64,000 nucleotides of DNA from an uncultured Bacteriovoracaceae bacterium (lineage in GTDB: Bacteria > Bdellovibrionota > Bacteriovoracia > Bacteriovoracales > Bacteriovoracaceae): NCBI GenBank assembly GCA_964012805.1, contig CAXGUD010000002.1, positions 32,001 to 96,000 of the forward strand. Direction: 5' to 3'. Position 1 is the first letter of the stretch. Every line of letters begins with the position of its first letter. Positions 1 to 9,919 of this stretch are shown one piece after another. The notes under the pieces are model-generated. The model saw only the letters and a list, made by a program, of their open reading frames with translations. It made no database searches and had not been told where the DNA came from. Position numbers and translations under genes: made by a program.

Positions 1-298
1 CCAAAGGACCTGCTAAATAGCCTCCGGCCACGACACCTGTACCCACGCCAGCTGCAGTTGTAGCTGCTGTGCCAGTAACTCCTGCAAGAGGACCAAAGCC
101 GGTCATCTTGGCAAGTTGTCTATGCCTCGCTAGATACTCATCAAGACAAGTTTCTTTTGCATTAAGGGATCCGTCTTTAAGGAGGTTTTTAACACTTTTA
201 ACAATCTTTTTACTTCCAATAGTAACTTCACCTTGAACTCTCGCCAAAGCTGTAGAGCCTAAACCTAATGCCATCAACAAAACAATAAATTTTTTCAT
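1..298 (-). CDS. Secreted hypothetical protein, partial (runs off the window start)
   Basis: ATG at 298 with AAGGGG SD upstream; MKKFIVLLMALGLGSTALA signal peptide, then a Gly/Ala/Thr-rich stretch; frame open to the window edge. Confidence 0.75.
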   Translation of the reverse strand, partial: MKKFIVLLMALGLGSTALARVQGEVTIGSKKIVKSVKNLLKDGSLNAKETCLDEYLARHRQLAKMTGFGPLAGVTGTAATTAAGVGTGVVAGGYLAGPL

Positions 299-387
299 GT
301 TAATCCCCTTAAAAAAAATTAATTAAAATCTTGAAGAAAAAAAATATAGAACTTCATGTTTGCAGTCAATAGTTTTAACTAACGAAA

Positions 388-1224
388 TCATATTTGAACT
401 GTAAAAGCTAAGTTTAAAATTTTCTTAATAGACTCAGGGTCCGTTTCGTTAAACTCTGCTACCTGTGAAATAATTTCATCTTTTTCTCTTTCTGAGCCAT
501 CAGCATAGGACTTTTTCAAAAAAGAAAAAGGGACACCAAAAAGAGTAAGAGATAAATTTTTCATATCCTCTTCTCTAAGAGATCTTTTTGCCCGAATCTT
601 TTTAATATTAATTAATATCCTTGAGACATCCACAGACCTCTTTTCAGAGAGACCAAACTGATTAATAAGGATAGATTGAAATACCTCTTCCTTAGATTTC
701 TCTAAAAGGGCACCCCATTTTTCTAAGTCCTTACTAAGATATGTATCTTCTTCAAACATCAGACCATTTTGTGCCTTATACACGGTCATCTTAACTTTTT
801 TATCATAGGTTTCCCAGTGACCCTCTTCAATCCAAACGGGCGACTCTACATATCCTCCGGATTCTTCATCATAAACCCATTCATGGCCGTAGTGTGAGGT
901 ATCTACCCATTCAGTAACACTTTGATTAACTTCTTCAATACCTTTTTCTAAATTAGTTACCTTTCCTTCAGGCGGCAAAGAGTCTAAATACTTTTTAAAT
1001 TCATTTTGATTCATGGATGAACTATAGCCGGATAAATTATAAGCTGTGTAGGCACCGGTTTGCTGATTTTTTACCACAACAAATCCCTCTTGAAGGGTGT
1101 CTTGTTTTACAATCTTATACTCAACACCATGGACGTTACTCAAGGAATCTGCGAAGTTTTTATTGTCTTCTTTTATACAAGAAATAAAAAGTAAAAAAAA
1201 TAAAGGAAAAAAGTAGTGCTTCAT
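388..1224 (-). CDS. Hypothetical lipoprotein with conserved C-terminal KDLEK...GLSE helical module
   Basis: Start moved to ATG 1224 (GGAGG SD upstream); lipobox-like LFISC; C-terminus similar to that of 26734..27771. Confidence 0.75.
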   Translation of the reverse strand: MKHYFFPLFFLLFISCIKEDNKNFADSLSNVHGVEYKIVKQDTLQEGFVVVKNQQTGAYTAYNLSGYSSSMNQNEFKKYLDSLPPEGKVTNLEKGIEEVNQSVTEWVDTSHYGHEWVYDEESGGYVESPVWIEEGHWETYDKKVKMTVYKAQNGLMFEEDTYLSKDLEKWGALLEKSKEEVFQSILINQFGLSEKRSVDVSRILINIKKIRAKRSLREEDMKNLSLTLFGVPFSFLKKSYADGSEREKDEIISQVAEFNETDPESIKKILNLAFTVQI

Positions 1225-1414
1225 AGAAGGCCTCCACAAACTTTTTGAGAGACTTAATTTTTTTTAGTCTCATTAGGGAGATCTATTTAATCACTTTTTT
1301 TTTTTTAATGGAATATCTTTTTCCTTAAACTTGATTCTCTAGAATAGAAGACTCTTTGAGAAAAAAATTTAGTAAGTTCTTAAATAAGGAATCTAAAAGG
1401 AAAAAAAGGACAAA

Positions 1415-1444
1415 AAAAACCCCAGAAACTATGCTGGGGTTTTT
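1415..1444 (-). terminator. Intrinsic terminator downstream of the RRM gene
   Basis: AAAAACCCCAG-N8-CTGGGGTTTTT hairpin with A and T tracts on either side. Confidence 0.75.
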
Positions 1445-1486
1445 ATTCTCTTTTTTGAAAGTTACTGCACTAACAAATAAAGTGGA

Positions 1487-1777
1487 TTATCTCCATCTTT
1501 GGTTGCTATTAAAGTTTCTTTCTCTTTTTGGTCTGTCTTGTGCAATATTAACCTTAAGGTTTCTTCCACCAAGGTCTGTACCGTCTAGCCCTTCGATAGC
1601 CGCTTGAGCAGCATCTGCGCTTTCCATTTCAACAAAGGAGAAGCCTTTACTTCTTCCAGTGTCTCTGTCTTTGATAATTTTTACAGAAAGAACCTCTCCG
1701 TAATTTGCAAAAACAGTTTCAAGTTCTTTTTCTTCGATTGCCCAAGCAAGATTTCCTACGTAAAGCTTTGAATTCAT
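1487..1777 (-). CDS. RNA recognition motif (RRM) RNA-binding protein
   Basis: RNP2 LYVGNL and RNP1 KGFSFVEM motifs. Confidence 0.95.
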   Translation of the reverse strand: MNSKLYVGNLAWAIEEKELETVFANYGEVLSVKIIKDRDTGRSKGFSFVEMESADAAQAAIEGLDGTDLGGRNLKVNIAQDRPKRERNFNSNQRWR

Positions 1778-1940
1778 TCGTAACCTCTAAATCTAAATAT
1801 CAATAAAATTGCCGGCCTTTAAAAAGCCTAAAGCATTGATAGCATAAATGTTTTTTTTTTAAAACACCAAGAGTTTTTTTTTCCTTACCTTTTGCGAAAA
1901 AGAGTAAAAAATTCAGCTTTAAAACGCAAAGCATTGCGCT

Positions 1941-2912
1941 TTATAGGGTTTTTTTAGGCAAAGAACGCCAAAATTCCCAAAACTTAAGAACACATAAATC
2001 TTGTTGAGGGTGGAGAGACCTCAAGTCAGGCTCCATCTCTTCAACAATCACTTCGTCGGGCTTTAAAAATGCCATTCCTAAATAAGTTGTTAATTTTAGC
2101 CTAAGTCTTTGAAATAAATCGTTTAATAGCCCACCTTCCGCCTTATTTGTTACTGCGGTAAGAAAAAAGGTGCTATTTTGAGTATCTCTCGGAACAGAAG
2201 TTATAAGGATATTATCCTTAGTCTTTTTATTCGTAATAATTAAAAAGTTCCCACCCCAGCAATCAAGCACCACATCAACAACCCTTACACCAAAAAATTT
2301 TACCGCAATATCATAAAACCTTTCAACAAGGACTTTCATCGAAAATGATGCTCTTAAATGATAAGGAGAATCGGAACCCATTATTGGCGGAGCGATGATT
2401 TCTCTATTATGGATACAGGTAAGGTGGTGGGTATCAAAGCCATTAAAAAGTAATGAAGAATAAGGTGTTTTTAAATTTTTTCTTAAGGCCATACTAAAAG
2501 CCGCTTCTCCTTTAACTCTCGGAAAAACAGGAAAGTCAAAAAGAGGCCTTTGACCTAAGTACATAAAAATGAGGCCAAACTTTTCTACAGCAGGGTAACT
2601 TTTTAAACCAGGCCCTTTAAAGTCTTCGTTTAGCCCTGGTACCTTTAAACACTCACCTTTTTTTCCATAAGTCCGGTGGTGAAAAGGACACCTCAACTCG
2701 CCGTCAATGACGGCCCCTTTGGATAAATCTGTTCCCATATGAGGACAGAACCGTGAGACAACCGTGGGAGCGCCATCTTCATTTCTAAAAAGGACAAGCT
2801 TATCATCAAAGACCTCAATAAGTTGGGGGACACCCTTTTTTAATTCTTTCGAGTAGCAAAGGGGATACCAAGACTCGGGATAGGATGATTTTTTTTTTAA
2901 ACTCATTGCCAC
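1941..2912 (-). CDS. Rieske [2Fe-2S] non-heme iron oxygenase
   Basis: CPHMG...CPFH Rieske motif; D-x2-H-x4-H mononuclear Fe motif (DTHHLTCIH). Confidence 0.9.
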   Translation of the reverse strand: MAMSLKKKSSYPESWYPLCYSKELKKGVPQLIEVFDDKLVLFRNEDGAPTVVSRFCPHMGTDLSKGAVIDGELRCPFHHRTYGKKGECLKVPGLNEDFKGPGLKSYPAVEKFGLIFMYLGQRPLFDFPVFPRVKGEAAFSMALRKNLKTPYSSLLFNGFDTHHLTCIHNREIIAPPIMGSDSPYHLRASFSMKVLVERFYDIAVKFFGVRVVDVVLDCWGGNFLIITNKKTKDNILITSVPRDTQNSTFFLTAVTNKAEGGLLNDLFQRLRLKLTTYLGMAFLKPDEVIVEEMEPDLRSLHPQQDLCVLKFWEFWRSLPKKTL

Positions 2913-2930
2913 TCCCTCCTCTACTGTCCT

Positions 2931-4382
2931 TTAAACCAACTCAAAGTTTTTATAAGTTGGTAAAATGTCTTTAATATTATCGAGGCGTGAGTTTAACAAA
3001 ATGTCTTTGTTTTCGTGTTTAGGACCACTTGGGTAAAGGTGATTAAACCGACCAAAGGCCATACCATGCTTCTCATCGTTTTCAGATGCATATATAGGAT
3101 TATACTTCCAATAGAGGTACATATTGGCCAAGCTCCTCCAGTGTGTTTTAAAATCAAAAAACCTTTGAATAACACTCCCCATAGAGTTCCACTGGTCACG
3201 GCAATCCAAGCAAGCTTGAGTCAGCTCTTCTGGCGTCATATTTTTTGGTTTAAAAGCTGCATGGTTAAAACGGTACTCTGGGTGAAGCCACCACTTTCCA
3301 TCAAAAAGCAATCGGTCTTCTTTTTGAAGTTGCCTGTAAAGGGGCGTATTAGGGTAAGGCATTAAAATATTAAAAGCAGCAAAGCAAAATTTATTAGCAA
3401 TAGCGTAATCGACAGTTTCTTTAATTGAATCAAGAGTGTCGTGGTCATAGCCAAGCGTAAAAGCGGCCCAGGTCTGGATGCCATAATCTCTCAAAACTTC
3501 GATTTCTTTTGAATACTGATGAAATCTGGCCCCTTTCGCGTTAGGGGCTTTTTTAACCTGCTTCATATTATTGGGGTTAATCGTCTCAAAACCAATGACA
3601 TTCCCAAGGCACCCACTTTTAACAAGAAGACCCATAAGCTCTTTGTCTCTTGTCATATCCATACTACCCTGACTTACCCAATTAATTTTTAAAGGAATAA
3701 GGGCCCGGCAAAGCTCTTTTAAAGCTTCAAAGTCAGCACAAATATTGTCATCAACAAAGAAAAACATTTTTTTACCAGACTCTTTCATCTCTTGAATAAC
3801 TTGAGAAAGGTCCCTGGTGAATTGCTGCCTATCAAAAAAGACGCTGATCGCGCAAAAGCTACAAGTGAACTTACAGCCTCTTCCAAACTGAATAAGGCCA
3901 ATGTCTAAATAACCCTTCCCTTTAAAAATATCTCTTTTAGGAAAATACTTATTGGCCTGAGGAGCTCCGACTTGCGATTTGTAATGCTTTTTTAACTTAC
4001 CGGTCGTTTTAAAATCGTGAATAACTTCCTGCCACATCCACCCCGCATCTCCCGTTAAAATAGAGTCGCAATAAAGGGACACCTCTTCAGGAACAAGAGT
4101 TGGGTGAAAGCCTCCCATAATGACAGGAATTCCACGACGCCTATACTCAGCAGCGATCTCGTAAGAGCGCCTGGCCGTATAAACCTCAACTGTTATTCCC
4201 ACAAGGTCTGTCGGCTCATCAAAAGGAATTTCTTCCATACGGTCATCGTACATAATCACATCGACGTCTTCTGGAGTCATGCCCGCTAAAACACCAAGCT
4301 GAAGGGGCTCCATCCTTCCTTTATCAATATAAAGATGGTCTTCTTGCCTTCCAATATTAGGCTTAATTAAAGTGAGTTTCAT
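2931..4382 (-). CDS. Cobalamin-binding radical SAM protein
   Basis: N-terminal B12-binding domain (MGGFHPT); RGCKFTCSFC (CxxxCxxC); FVDDN; PYPNTPLY. Confidence 0.9.
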   Translation of the reverse strand: MKLTLIKPNIGRQEDHLYIDKGRMEPLQLGVLAGMTPEDVDVIMYDDRMEEIPFDEPTDLVGITVEVYTARRSYEIAAEYRRRGIPVIMGGFHPTLVPEEVSLYCDSILTGDAGWMWQEVIHDFKTTGKLKKHYKSQVGAPQANKYFPKRDIFKGKGYLDIGLIQFGRGCKFTCSFCAISVFFDRQQFTRDLSQVIQEMKESGKKMFFFVDDNICADFEALKELCRALIPLKINWVSQGSMDMTRDKELMGLLVKSGCLGNVIGFETINPNNMKQVKKAPNAKGARFHQYSKEIEVLRDYGIQTWAAFTLGYDHDTLDSIKETVDYAIANKFCFAAFNILMPYPNTPLYRQLQKEDRLLFDGKWWLHPEYRFNHAAFKPKNMTPEELTQACLDCRDQWNSMGSVIQRFFDFKTHWRSLANMYLYWKYNPIYASENDEKHGMAFGRFNHLYPSGPKHENKDILLNSRLDNIKDILPTYKNFELV

Positions 4383-5722
4383 ATTGACCTCGGTTTTTGA
4401 ATAAAAAAAGATTTATCCTGGTCCGCTAAATCTCTTCCCTGCTTCTTTCTGATCTCTCTTTTAGAAATAAGGTTAGACGCCAAAAACATAGCTGCGTGAT
4501 AGGGAGAACTAAAATTGGCCTTAAGATCTAGACTTCTTTTAAAAATATTAGAAAAACTATTAAACTCAGTCCTTGCCTTAAAACACCCCTCTGTTAATTC
4601 CGCTGGGGTCATATTTTTTGGGATAAATTGGGCCTGCCCATATTTAAAGTCAGGGTCCAGCCACCAAGGGTCGTTAATAAGACGGCCCTCTTTTTTAAGC
4701 CGATCATATAGAGGAGCACCAGGAGTTGGCGTCAAAGGGTTAAAGTTCGCTAAATAGAATTTTGACTCTAAAGCAAACTCTAAATTGTATTTAAAGCTAT
4801 CCAAAGTATCATGGTCATAGCCATGAACAAACGTTCCATAAACCATAATGCCATGATCCCTAAACTTCTTTATGGCATCGGTGTAAGTTCCATAACGGAG
4901 GTTCCAGCCCTTTTTCATTTGAATAAGGCTTTTTATATCCATGGACTCAAAGCCAACGACAACGCTAAGACACCCACTCTTTTGCATGAGGTCCATCAAC
5001 TCATCATCTTGAGTCACATCAATACTGACTTGACCAGACCATCTAACATTGAGAGGAATAAGCGCCCTAAAAAACTCCATCGCCTGCTTTTTATAGCTAA
5101 AAATATTATCATCAACGATAAATATATGCTTAAAACGCAGCTCTTCAATTTCTCTCACCACGTCTTTGATAGGTCTTTGACCTAGATAAGACCCGTAGAA
5201 GGTCTTGATAGAACAGAAGTCACAGTTAAACCTGCACCCTCTACCATATTGAACGAGATGAATGGGAGCATATCTTTTCCCTTTAAAAATAGACCTGTCA
5301 GGCCTGATTCCTTCAAGAGAACTTAGGTTATTGGAGCGGTAAATTTTTTGGAGTTTGCCTTTTTTAAAATCGTGAATAAGTTTTGGCCAGAGTTCTTCAG
5401 CGTCCCCAGACACAATACAATCAGCGTAGAGAAGAGACTCTTCAGGAACGAAAGTCGGGTGGTAACCTCCCATAACAACCTTCACGCCTCTTTTTTTATA
5501 CTCCGTCGCTATTTCGTAGGCCCTTCTGGCCGTGTAGGTTTCAACCGTAATGGCAACAAGGTCCGTTTCCTCATCGTAAGGAATATCTTCAATCCTATTA
5601 TCGTAGAACTTGTGCTCAACAAAAGGAGGGGAATAACTAGCAAGGAGGGCAAATGCCAATGGTTCCATTGCATCACTGTTTCTATGGGGTCCCATGGAGG
5701 GTCTTATAAACGTTACTTTCAT
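4379..5722 (-). CDS. Cobalamin-binding radical SAM protein (paralogue of 2931..4382)
   Basis: MGGYHPT; RGCRFNCDFC; IVDDN; PTPGAPLY; 4-nt overlap with the next gene. Confidence 0.9.
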   Translation of the reverse strand: MKVTFIRPSMGPHRNSDAMEPLAFALLASYSPPFVEHKFYDNRIEDIPYDEETDLVAITVETYTARRAYEIATEYKKRGVKVVMGGYHPTFVPEESLLYADCIVSGDAEELWPKLIHDFKKGKLQKIYRSNNLSSLEGIRPDRSIFKGKRYAPIHLVQYGRGCRFNCDFCSIKTFYGSYLGQRPIKDVVREIEELRFKHIFIVDDNIFSYKKQAMEFFRALIPLNVRWSGQVSIDVTQDDELMDLMQKSGCLSVVVGFESMDIKSLIQMKKGWNLRYGTYTDAIKKFRDHGIMVYGTFVHGYDHDTLDSFKYNLEFALESKFYLANFNPLTPTPGAPLYDRLKKEGRLINDPWWLDPDFKYGQAQFIPKNMTPAELTEGCFKARTEFNSFSNIFKRSLDLKANFSSPYHAAMFLASNLISKREIRKKQGRDLADQDKSFFIQKPRSI

Positions 5723-5877
5723 GAAATTCTTATTCCACTCCTTGCCTAAGAGCGCAAAAGGAAATTATTTTTTTCAAAAAAAACAATAAATTAACTTTAA
5801 AAAGTGCCTAAACTCATGAAATATTTATAACCCCTTAAGGTTCAATTTCATTTTAATTTTTAAAAAGGACTTTCACT

Positions 5878-7611
5878 GTGACTTTTTCTTCTAAGCTTCT
5901 TTCTCTTTTGAAAAAGGCCCCCCTCTGGTTAGGGCTTCTCTTTTTATTTGGCTGCCCCTCCAAGAGTTACAAAAAAACGAAAAGTTATAAAAAATATGGG
6001 GCCACCGGCAAGCGTTCTATGATTTCAACCCAAGGACCCCTTTCAACCAAAGCTGGCCAGCTTATCTTTAAAAAGGGTGGAAATGCTGTTGACGCCGCCA
6101 TTGCCGTAAGCTTTGCCATTTCCGTCGAAAGGCCTCAATCAACAGGCCTTGGTGGTGGAGGCTTCCTGCTTCTTAAAACCCCAGAAAGTCCAACCCCACT
6201 CTCTTTTGACTTTAGAGAAATGGCGCCAAATAAGTCTCACCAAAAAATGTTTTTAGGCCCTAGTGGTGAAGAACAAAAGGGAAAATCTATTAATGGCCCT
6301 CTCTCAGCGGGAGTTCCAGGTCTTGTAGCGGGACTTTTTCATATCCACAAAAAGTTTGGCACTCTTCCCATGGAGACACTTATAGAACCAGCTGCAAAAA
6401 TGGCAGAGGAAGGATTTCCGGTTTACCCTCACCTAGCGAGGGCCATTAAGGCCAGAGCATCCGTTTTAAAAAAATACCCAAGCTCAAAAAAATTATTCTT
6501 TAAAAACGGAGAACCCTTAAAAGTTGGGGACCGCCTTATTCAAGAAGACCTCGCTAAAACGCTAAGGTTGATTTCTCACTTTGGAAAAAAGGGCTTTTAC
6601 GGAGGTTTTGTAGGAAATCAAATTGCCATAGAAAACCAAAAAGAAGGAGGGATCATAAGTTTAGAAGACCTCGCTAATTATAAAGTTAAAGAAAGAAAAC
6701 CCGTTAAAGGAAGTTATAAAGGTTATGATGTCTACTCTATGGGGCCTCCAAGCTCTGGTGGGATTCATATACTCCAAATACTCAATATCATTGAAAATGA
6801 TCCTTTAAAAAAAATGGGTTATGGTTCAGCTGATTCCATCCACCTTATAAGTTCGGCCATGCAAACCGCCTTTGTCGACAGGGCCTTTCACCTTGGGGAC
6901 TCTGACTTTGTTAAGGTCCCTACTCAAAAACTTATTTCTAAAAATTACGCAAAGATGCTTAGAAGTAGGATTAAGGCCAACAGCGCTCAAACTTTTGAAG
7001 AATCAAAAATGAGAGGCCCCTTTCCAAAAGAATCTGATGAAACCACCCACTTTACCATAATGGATAAGTCGGGATGGACTGTAAGCTCTACTCAAACGAT
7101 CAATGGCTGGATGGGTTCAGGCTTTTTAGTCCCAGGAACAGGGGTTATTCTAAATAATGAAATGGACGACTTCGCTCAAAAAGTAGGAGCCAGTAACCTT
7201 TTTGAGGCCTTTGGGGGTGAAAAAAACCTGATTGAGCCAAAAAAGAGACCTTTAAGCAGCATGTCTCCAACTATTATCTTAAAAGACGGAAAAGTTAAGC
7301 TGGCACTAGGGACTCCCTCAGGAACGAGGATCCTCACTTGTGTCGCCCAAACCATCATCAACTACTTAACTTTTGAAATGGACCTCTATGAAGCCGTGGC
7401 AGCGACTCGTTTCCACCACCAATGGTCCCCTAATGAGATCCGAGTTGGAAGTAACCCCTTTCCCACTTCCATCATTTCTGACCTCGAAAAGAAAGGACAC
7501 AAAGTGAAATTCAAACCTCTAGGCTGCAAAATTCAAGCAATTGCCGATGAGGGAGCTGTCTTAAGAGGTGTTTCTGACCCCCGCGGAGAGGGTCTTAGCC
7601 TAGGGGAATAA
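5878..7611 (+). CDS. ggt: Gamma-glutamyltransferase, probably a lipoprotein
   Basis: GGNAVDAAIA, GLGGGGF, DFREMAP, ETTHF autocleavage Thr, LNNEMDDF, RPLSSMSPT, DPRGEG. Confidence 0.95.
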   Translation: MTFSSKLLSLLKKAPLWLGLLFLFGCPSKSYKKTKSYKKYGATGKRSMISTQGPLSTKAGQLIFKKGGNAVDAAIAVSFAISVERPQSTGLGGGGFLLLKTPESPTPLSFDFREMAPNKSHQKMFLGPSGEEQKGKSINGPLSAGVPGLVAGLFHIHKKFGTLPMETLIEPAAKMAEEGFPVYPHLARAIKARASVLKKYPSSKKLFFKNGEPLKVGDRLIQEDLAKTLRLISHFGKKGFYGGFVGNQIAIENQKEGGIISLEDLANYKVKERKPVKGSYKGYDVYSMGPPSSGGIHILQILNIIENDPLKKMGYGSADSIHLISSAMQTAFVDRAFHLGDSDFVKVPTQKLISKNYAKMLRSRIKANSAQTFEESKMRGPFPKESDETTHFTIMDKSGWTVSSTQTINGWMGSGFLVPGTGVILNNEMDDFAQKVGASNLFEAFGGEKNLIEPKKRPLSSMSPTIILKDGKVKLALGTPSGTRILTCVAQTIINYLTFEMDLYEAVAATRFHHQWSPNEIRVGSNPFPTSIISDLEKKGHKVKFKPLGCKIQAIADEGAVLRGVSDPRGEGLSLGE

Positions 7612-7711
7612 CCCTGTATTCAAATACTTGCAATTCTTACCCAACCCCAGCCAAGTCATTGTAAAGCTCACTTTATAGTGATAGTTAACCACTCTCAAAC
7701 AAAAAAATAGG

Positions 7712-9904
7712 GTGCAATCTATGCAAGTAAAAGTACGCTTTTTAGACAATCTAAAATTAGAGGCCAATTTTGATGACTTCAGCATCATCACAGACCAACC
7801 CATCCGCTACAAAGGTGATGGTACGGCCCCAGGCCCTTTTGACTACTTTCTAGCTTCTTCGGCCCTTTGTGCTGCTTATTTTGTTAAGGTTTACTGTAAA
7901 GCAAGAGATATTTCTACGGACGACATAAGCATCACCCAAGACAATATCGTAGATCCAGAAAATAGATATCAGCAAACATTTCAAATTAGAGCGGAGCTTC
8001 CCGAAAGCATCTCAGAAAAAGACCGTGAGGGCATTATCGCCTCCATGAACCGTTGTACCGTAAAAAGAGTCATTCAAAATAATCCAGGCTTTAAAGTTAA
8101 CGCTATCAATGTTTTAGGAAAAGAATCTGGACTCCTGTATGAAGGCCAAGGTGACCCAGAGGCCAAAACAATGATTTTAGGAAAGGATTGCTCTTTAGAA
8201 GAGACGATCAAAAATATGACGGCGCTTATTGAATCCCTTGGAATCAAAATTGAAATCGCTTCTTGGAGAAATAACATCCCTCACGTGTGGTCTGTTCATA
8301 TAAGAGACGCTGATTCACCCATGTGCTTTAGTAATGGTAAGGGTGCAACCAAAGACGCTGCCCTTTGTTCTGCTCTTGGTGAATACTTAGAGCGTTTAAG
8401 CACCAATTATTTTTATAATGATTACTTTCTAGGTGAAGACATTAGTCAGGGTGAATTTGTTCATTACCCTAATGAAAAGTGGTTTAAGCCAGGAATTAAT
8501 GATTCCCTTCCAGAAGGACTAATGGATGAGCATTTTTTAAATATATATAACCCAGAAAACGAACTTAAGTCTTCTCATTTAATTGATTCAAACTCAGGAA
8601 ATGAAGAGCGCGGAATCTGCGCACTTCCTTATGAGCGTCAATCAGATAAAAAAACAGTTTATATTCCTGTTAACCTTATTGGAAACATCTTTGTAAGTAA
8701 CGGAATGAGCGCTGGGAATACTATTTATGAGGCCCGTGTTCAATGCCTTTCTGAAATCTTTGAAAGAGCTGTAAAAAATCAAATTATTCTTGAAGAAATC
8801 ACTCTTCCCGATGTTCCTAGGTCAGTCTTAGAAAAATTTCCTACAATCCTTGAAGGAATTGAAAAATTAGAGGCCCAAGGTTTTCCTATTGTTGTCAAAG
8901 ATGCTTCTCTTGGCGGAAAGTTCCCAGTTATGTGTGTGACTTTAATGAACCCAAAAACAGGCGGCGTATTTCCTTCTTTTGGGGCCCATCCGAAATTTGA
9001 AGTGGCGTTAGAAAGAAGTTTAACTGAACTTATGCAAGGAAGAAGCTTTGAAGGAATGAACGATGTGCTTCCACCAACCTTTAACTCTCACTCAGTTAGT
9101 GAGCATAATAATATTGTTGAGCACTTTATTGACTCAACTGGCGTTATCTCGTGGAAGTTTTTTAGCGAAGAAGCTGATTATAAGTTTTACCACTGGGACT
9201 TCAAGGGATCTACAGAAGAAGAATACAATTACCTTATGGACGTTTTAAAACAGCTTGAAAAGGAAGTTTATATAGCTGATTACGAAAACTTAGGCGCCAA
9301 AGCTTGTCGAATTTTAGTTCCAGGTTACTCAGAAATTTATGAACCGGAAGATCTTATTTGGGACAACCACAATAAGGCCCTTACCTTTAGGTCGGATATT
9401 TTAAATATTCATTCACTTGATGATGAAGCCCTTTTAAAACTCATCGAGAATCTAGAAGAAAGTGAGCTCGATGATTTCATGCTGATCTCTGAGCTTATCG
9501 GCATCGCCTTTGATGAAAATTCCGTCTGGGGACAATGTACAATTGGTGAATTAAAAACACTTATTCATTTGGCCCTTAAAAATTATGAGGAGGCCAAGGC
9601 ATTGGCCGAAGCTTTTATTACTTTTAACGACAACCTACAAACACGTAGGCTCTTCTTTCAAGCCTTAAATGTGGTCCTTGATATAACAATTGATGAAGAA
9701 CTAGAACTTAAAAACTATATTCCAAACCTAACTCGTATGTATGGGGAGGAAGTTTTAAATAATGTTATTAAAAGTGTCTCCGGTGATATTCGCTTCTTTG
9801 GATTAACAAAAACCAATATGAATCTTGAAGGACTTGATAAGCATTTAAAGCTTATTGAAAGCTACAAGAAGATTCAAGAGGCCAAAAAAAGATTTGCTAA
9901 TTAA
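7712..9904 (+). CDS. OsmC-domain / YcaO-domain fusion protein
   Basis: N-terminal OsmC fold (DQP...GPFDYFLAS..LC...RCTVK); YcaO motifs SNGKG, ALGEYLER, SNGMSAGN, SEIFER, ERSLTE. Confidence 0.9.
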   Translation: MQSMQVKVRFLDNLKLEANFDDFSIITDQPIRYKGDGTAPGPFDYFLASSALCAAYFVKVYCKARDISTDDISITQDNIVDPENRYQQTFQIRAELPESISEKDREGIIASMNRCTVKRVIQNNPGFKVNAINVLGKESGLLYEGQGDPEAKTMILGKDCSLEETIKNMTALIESLGIKIEIASWRNNIPHVWSVHIRDADSPMCFSNGKGATKDAALCSALGEYLERLSTNYFYNDYFLGEDISQGEFVHYPNEKWFKPGINDSLPEGLMDEHFLNIYNPENELKSSHLIDSNSGNEERGICALPYERQSDKKTVYIPVNLIGNIFVSNGMSAGNTIYEARVQCLSEIFERAVKNQIILEEITLPDVPRSVLEKFPTILEGIEKLEAQGFPIVVKDASLGGKFPVMCVTLMNPKTGGVFPSFGAHPKFEVALERSLTELMQGRSFEGMNDVLPPTFNSHSVSEHNNIVEHFIDSTGVISWKFFSEEADYKFYHWDFKGSTEEEYNYLMDVLKQLEKEVYIADYENLGAKACRILVPGYSEIYEPEDLIWDNHNKALTFRSDILNIHSLDDEALLKLIENLEESELDDFMLISELIGIAFDENSVWGQCTIGELKTLIHLALKNYEEAKALAEAFITFNDNLQTRRLFFQALNVVLDITIDEELELKNYIPNLTRMYGEEVLNNVIKSVSGDIRFFGLTKTNMNLEGLDKHLKLIESYKKIQEAKKRFAN

Positions 9905-9919
9905 ATAAGAAATTAAGTT

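Noticed and set aside
1356..1607. 83-aa plus-strand ORF
   Set aside because: Antisense to the RRM gene and runs through its terminator; shadow ORF.
2993..5749. Short ORFs inside the radical SAM genes as possible RiPP precursors
   Set aside because: All overlap well-supported CDSs in antisense or alternate frames and show no leader/core pattern.
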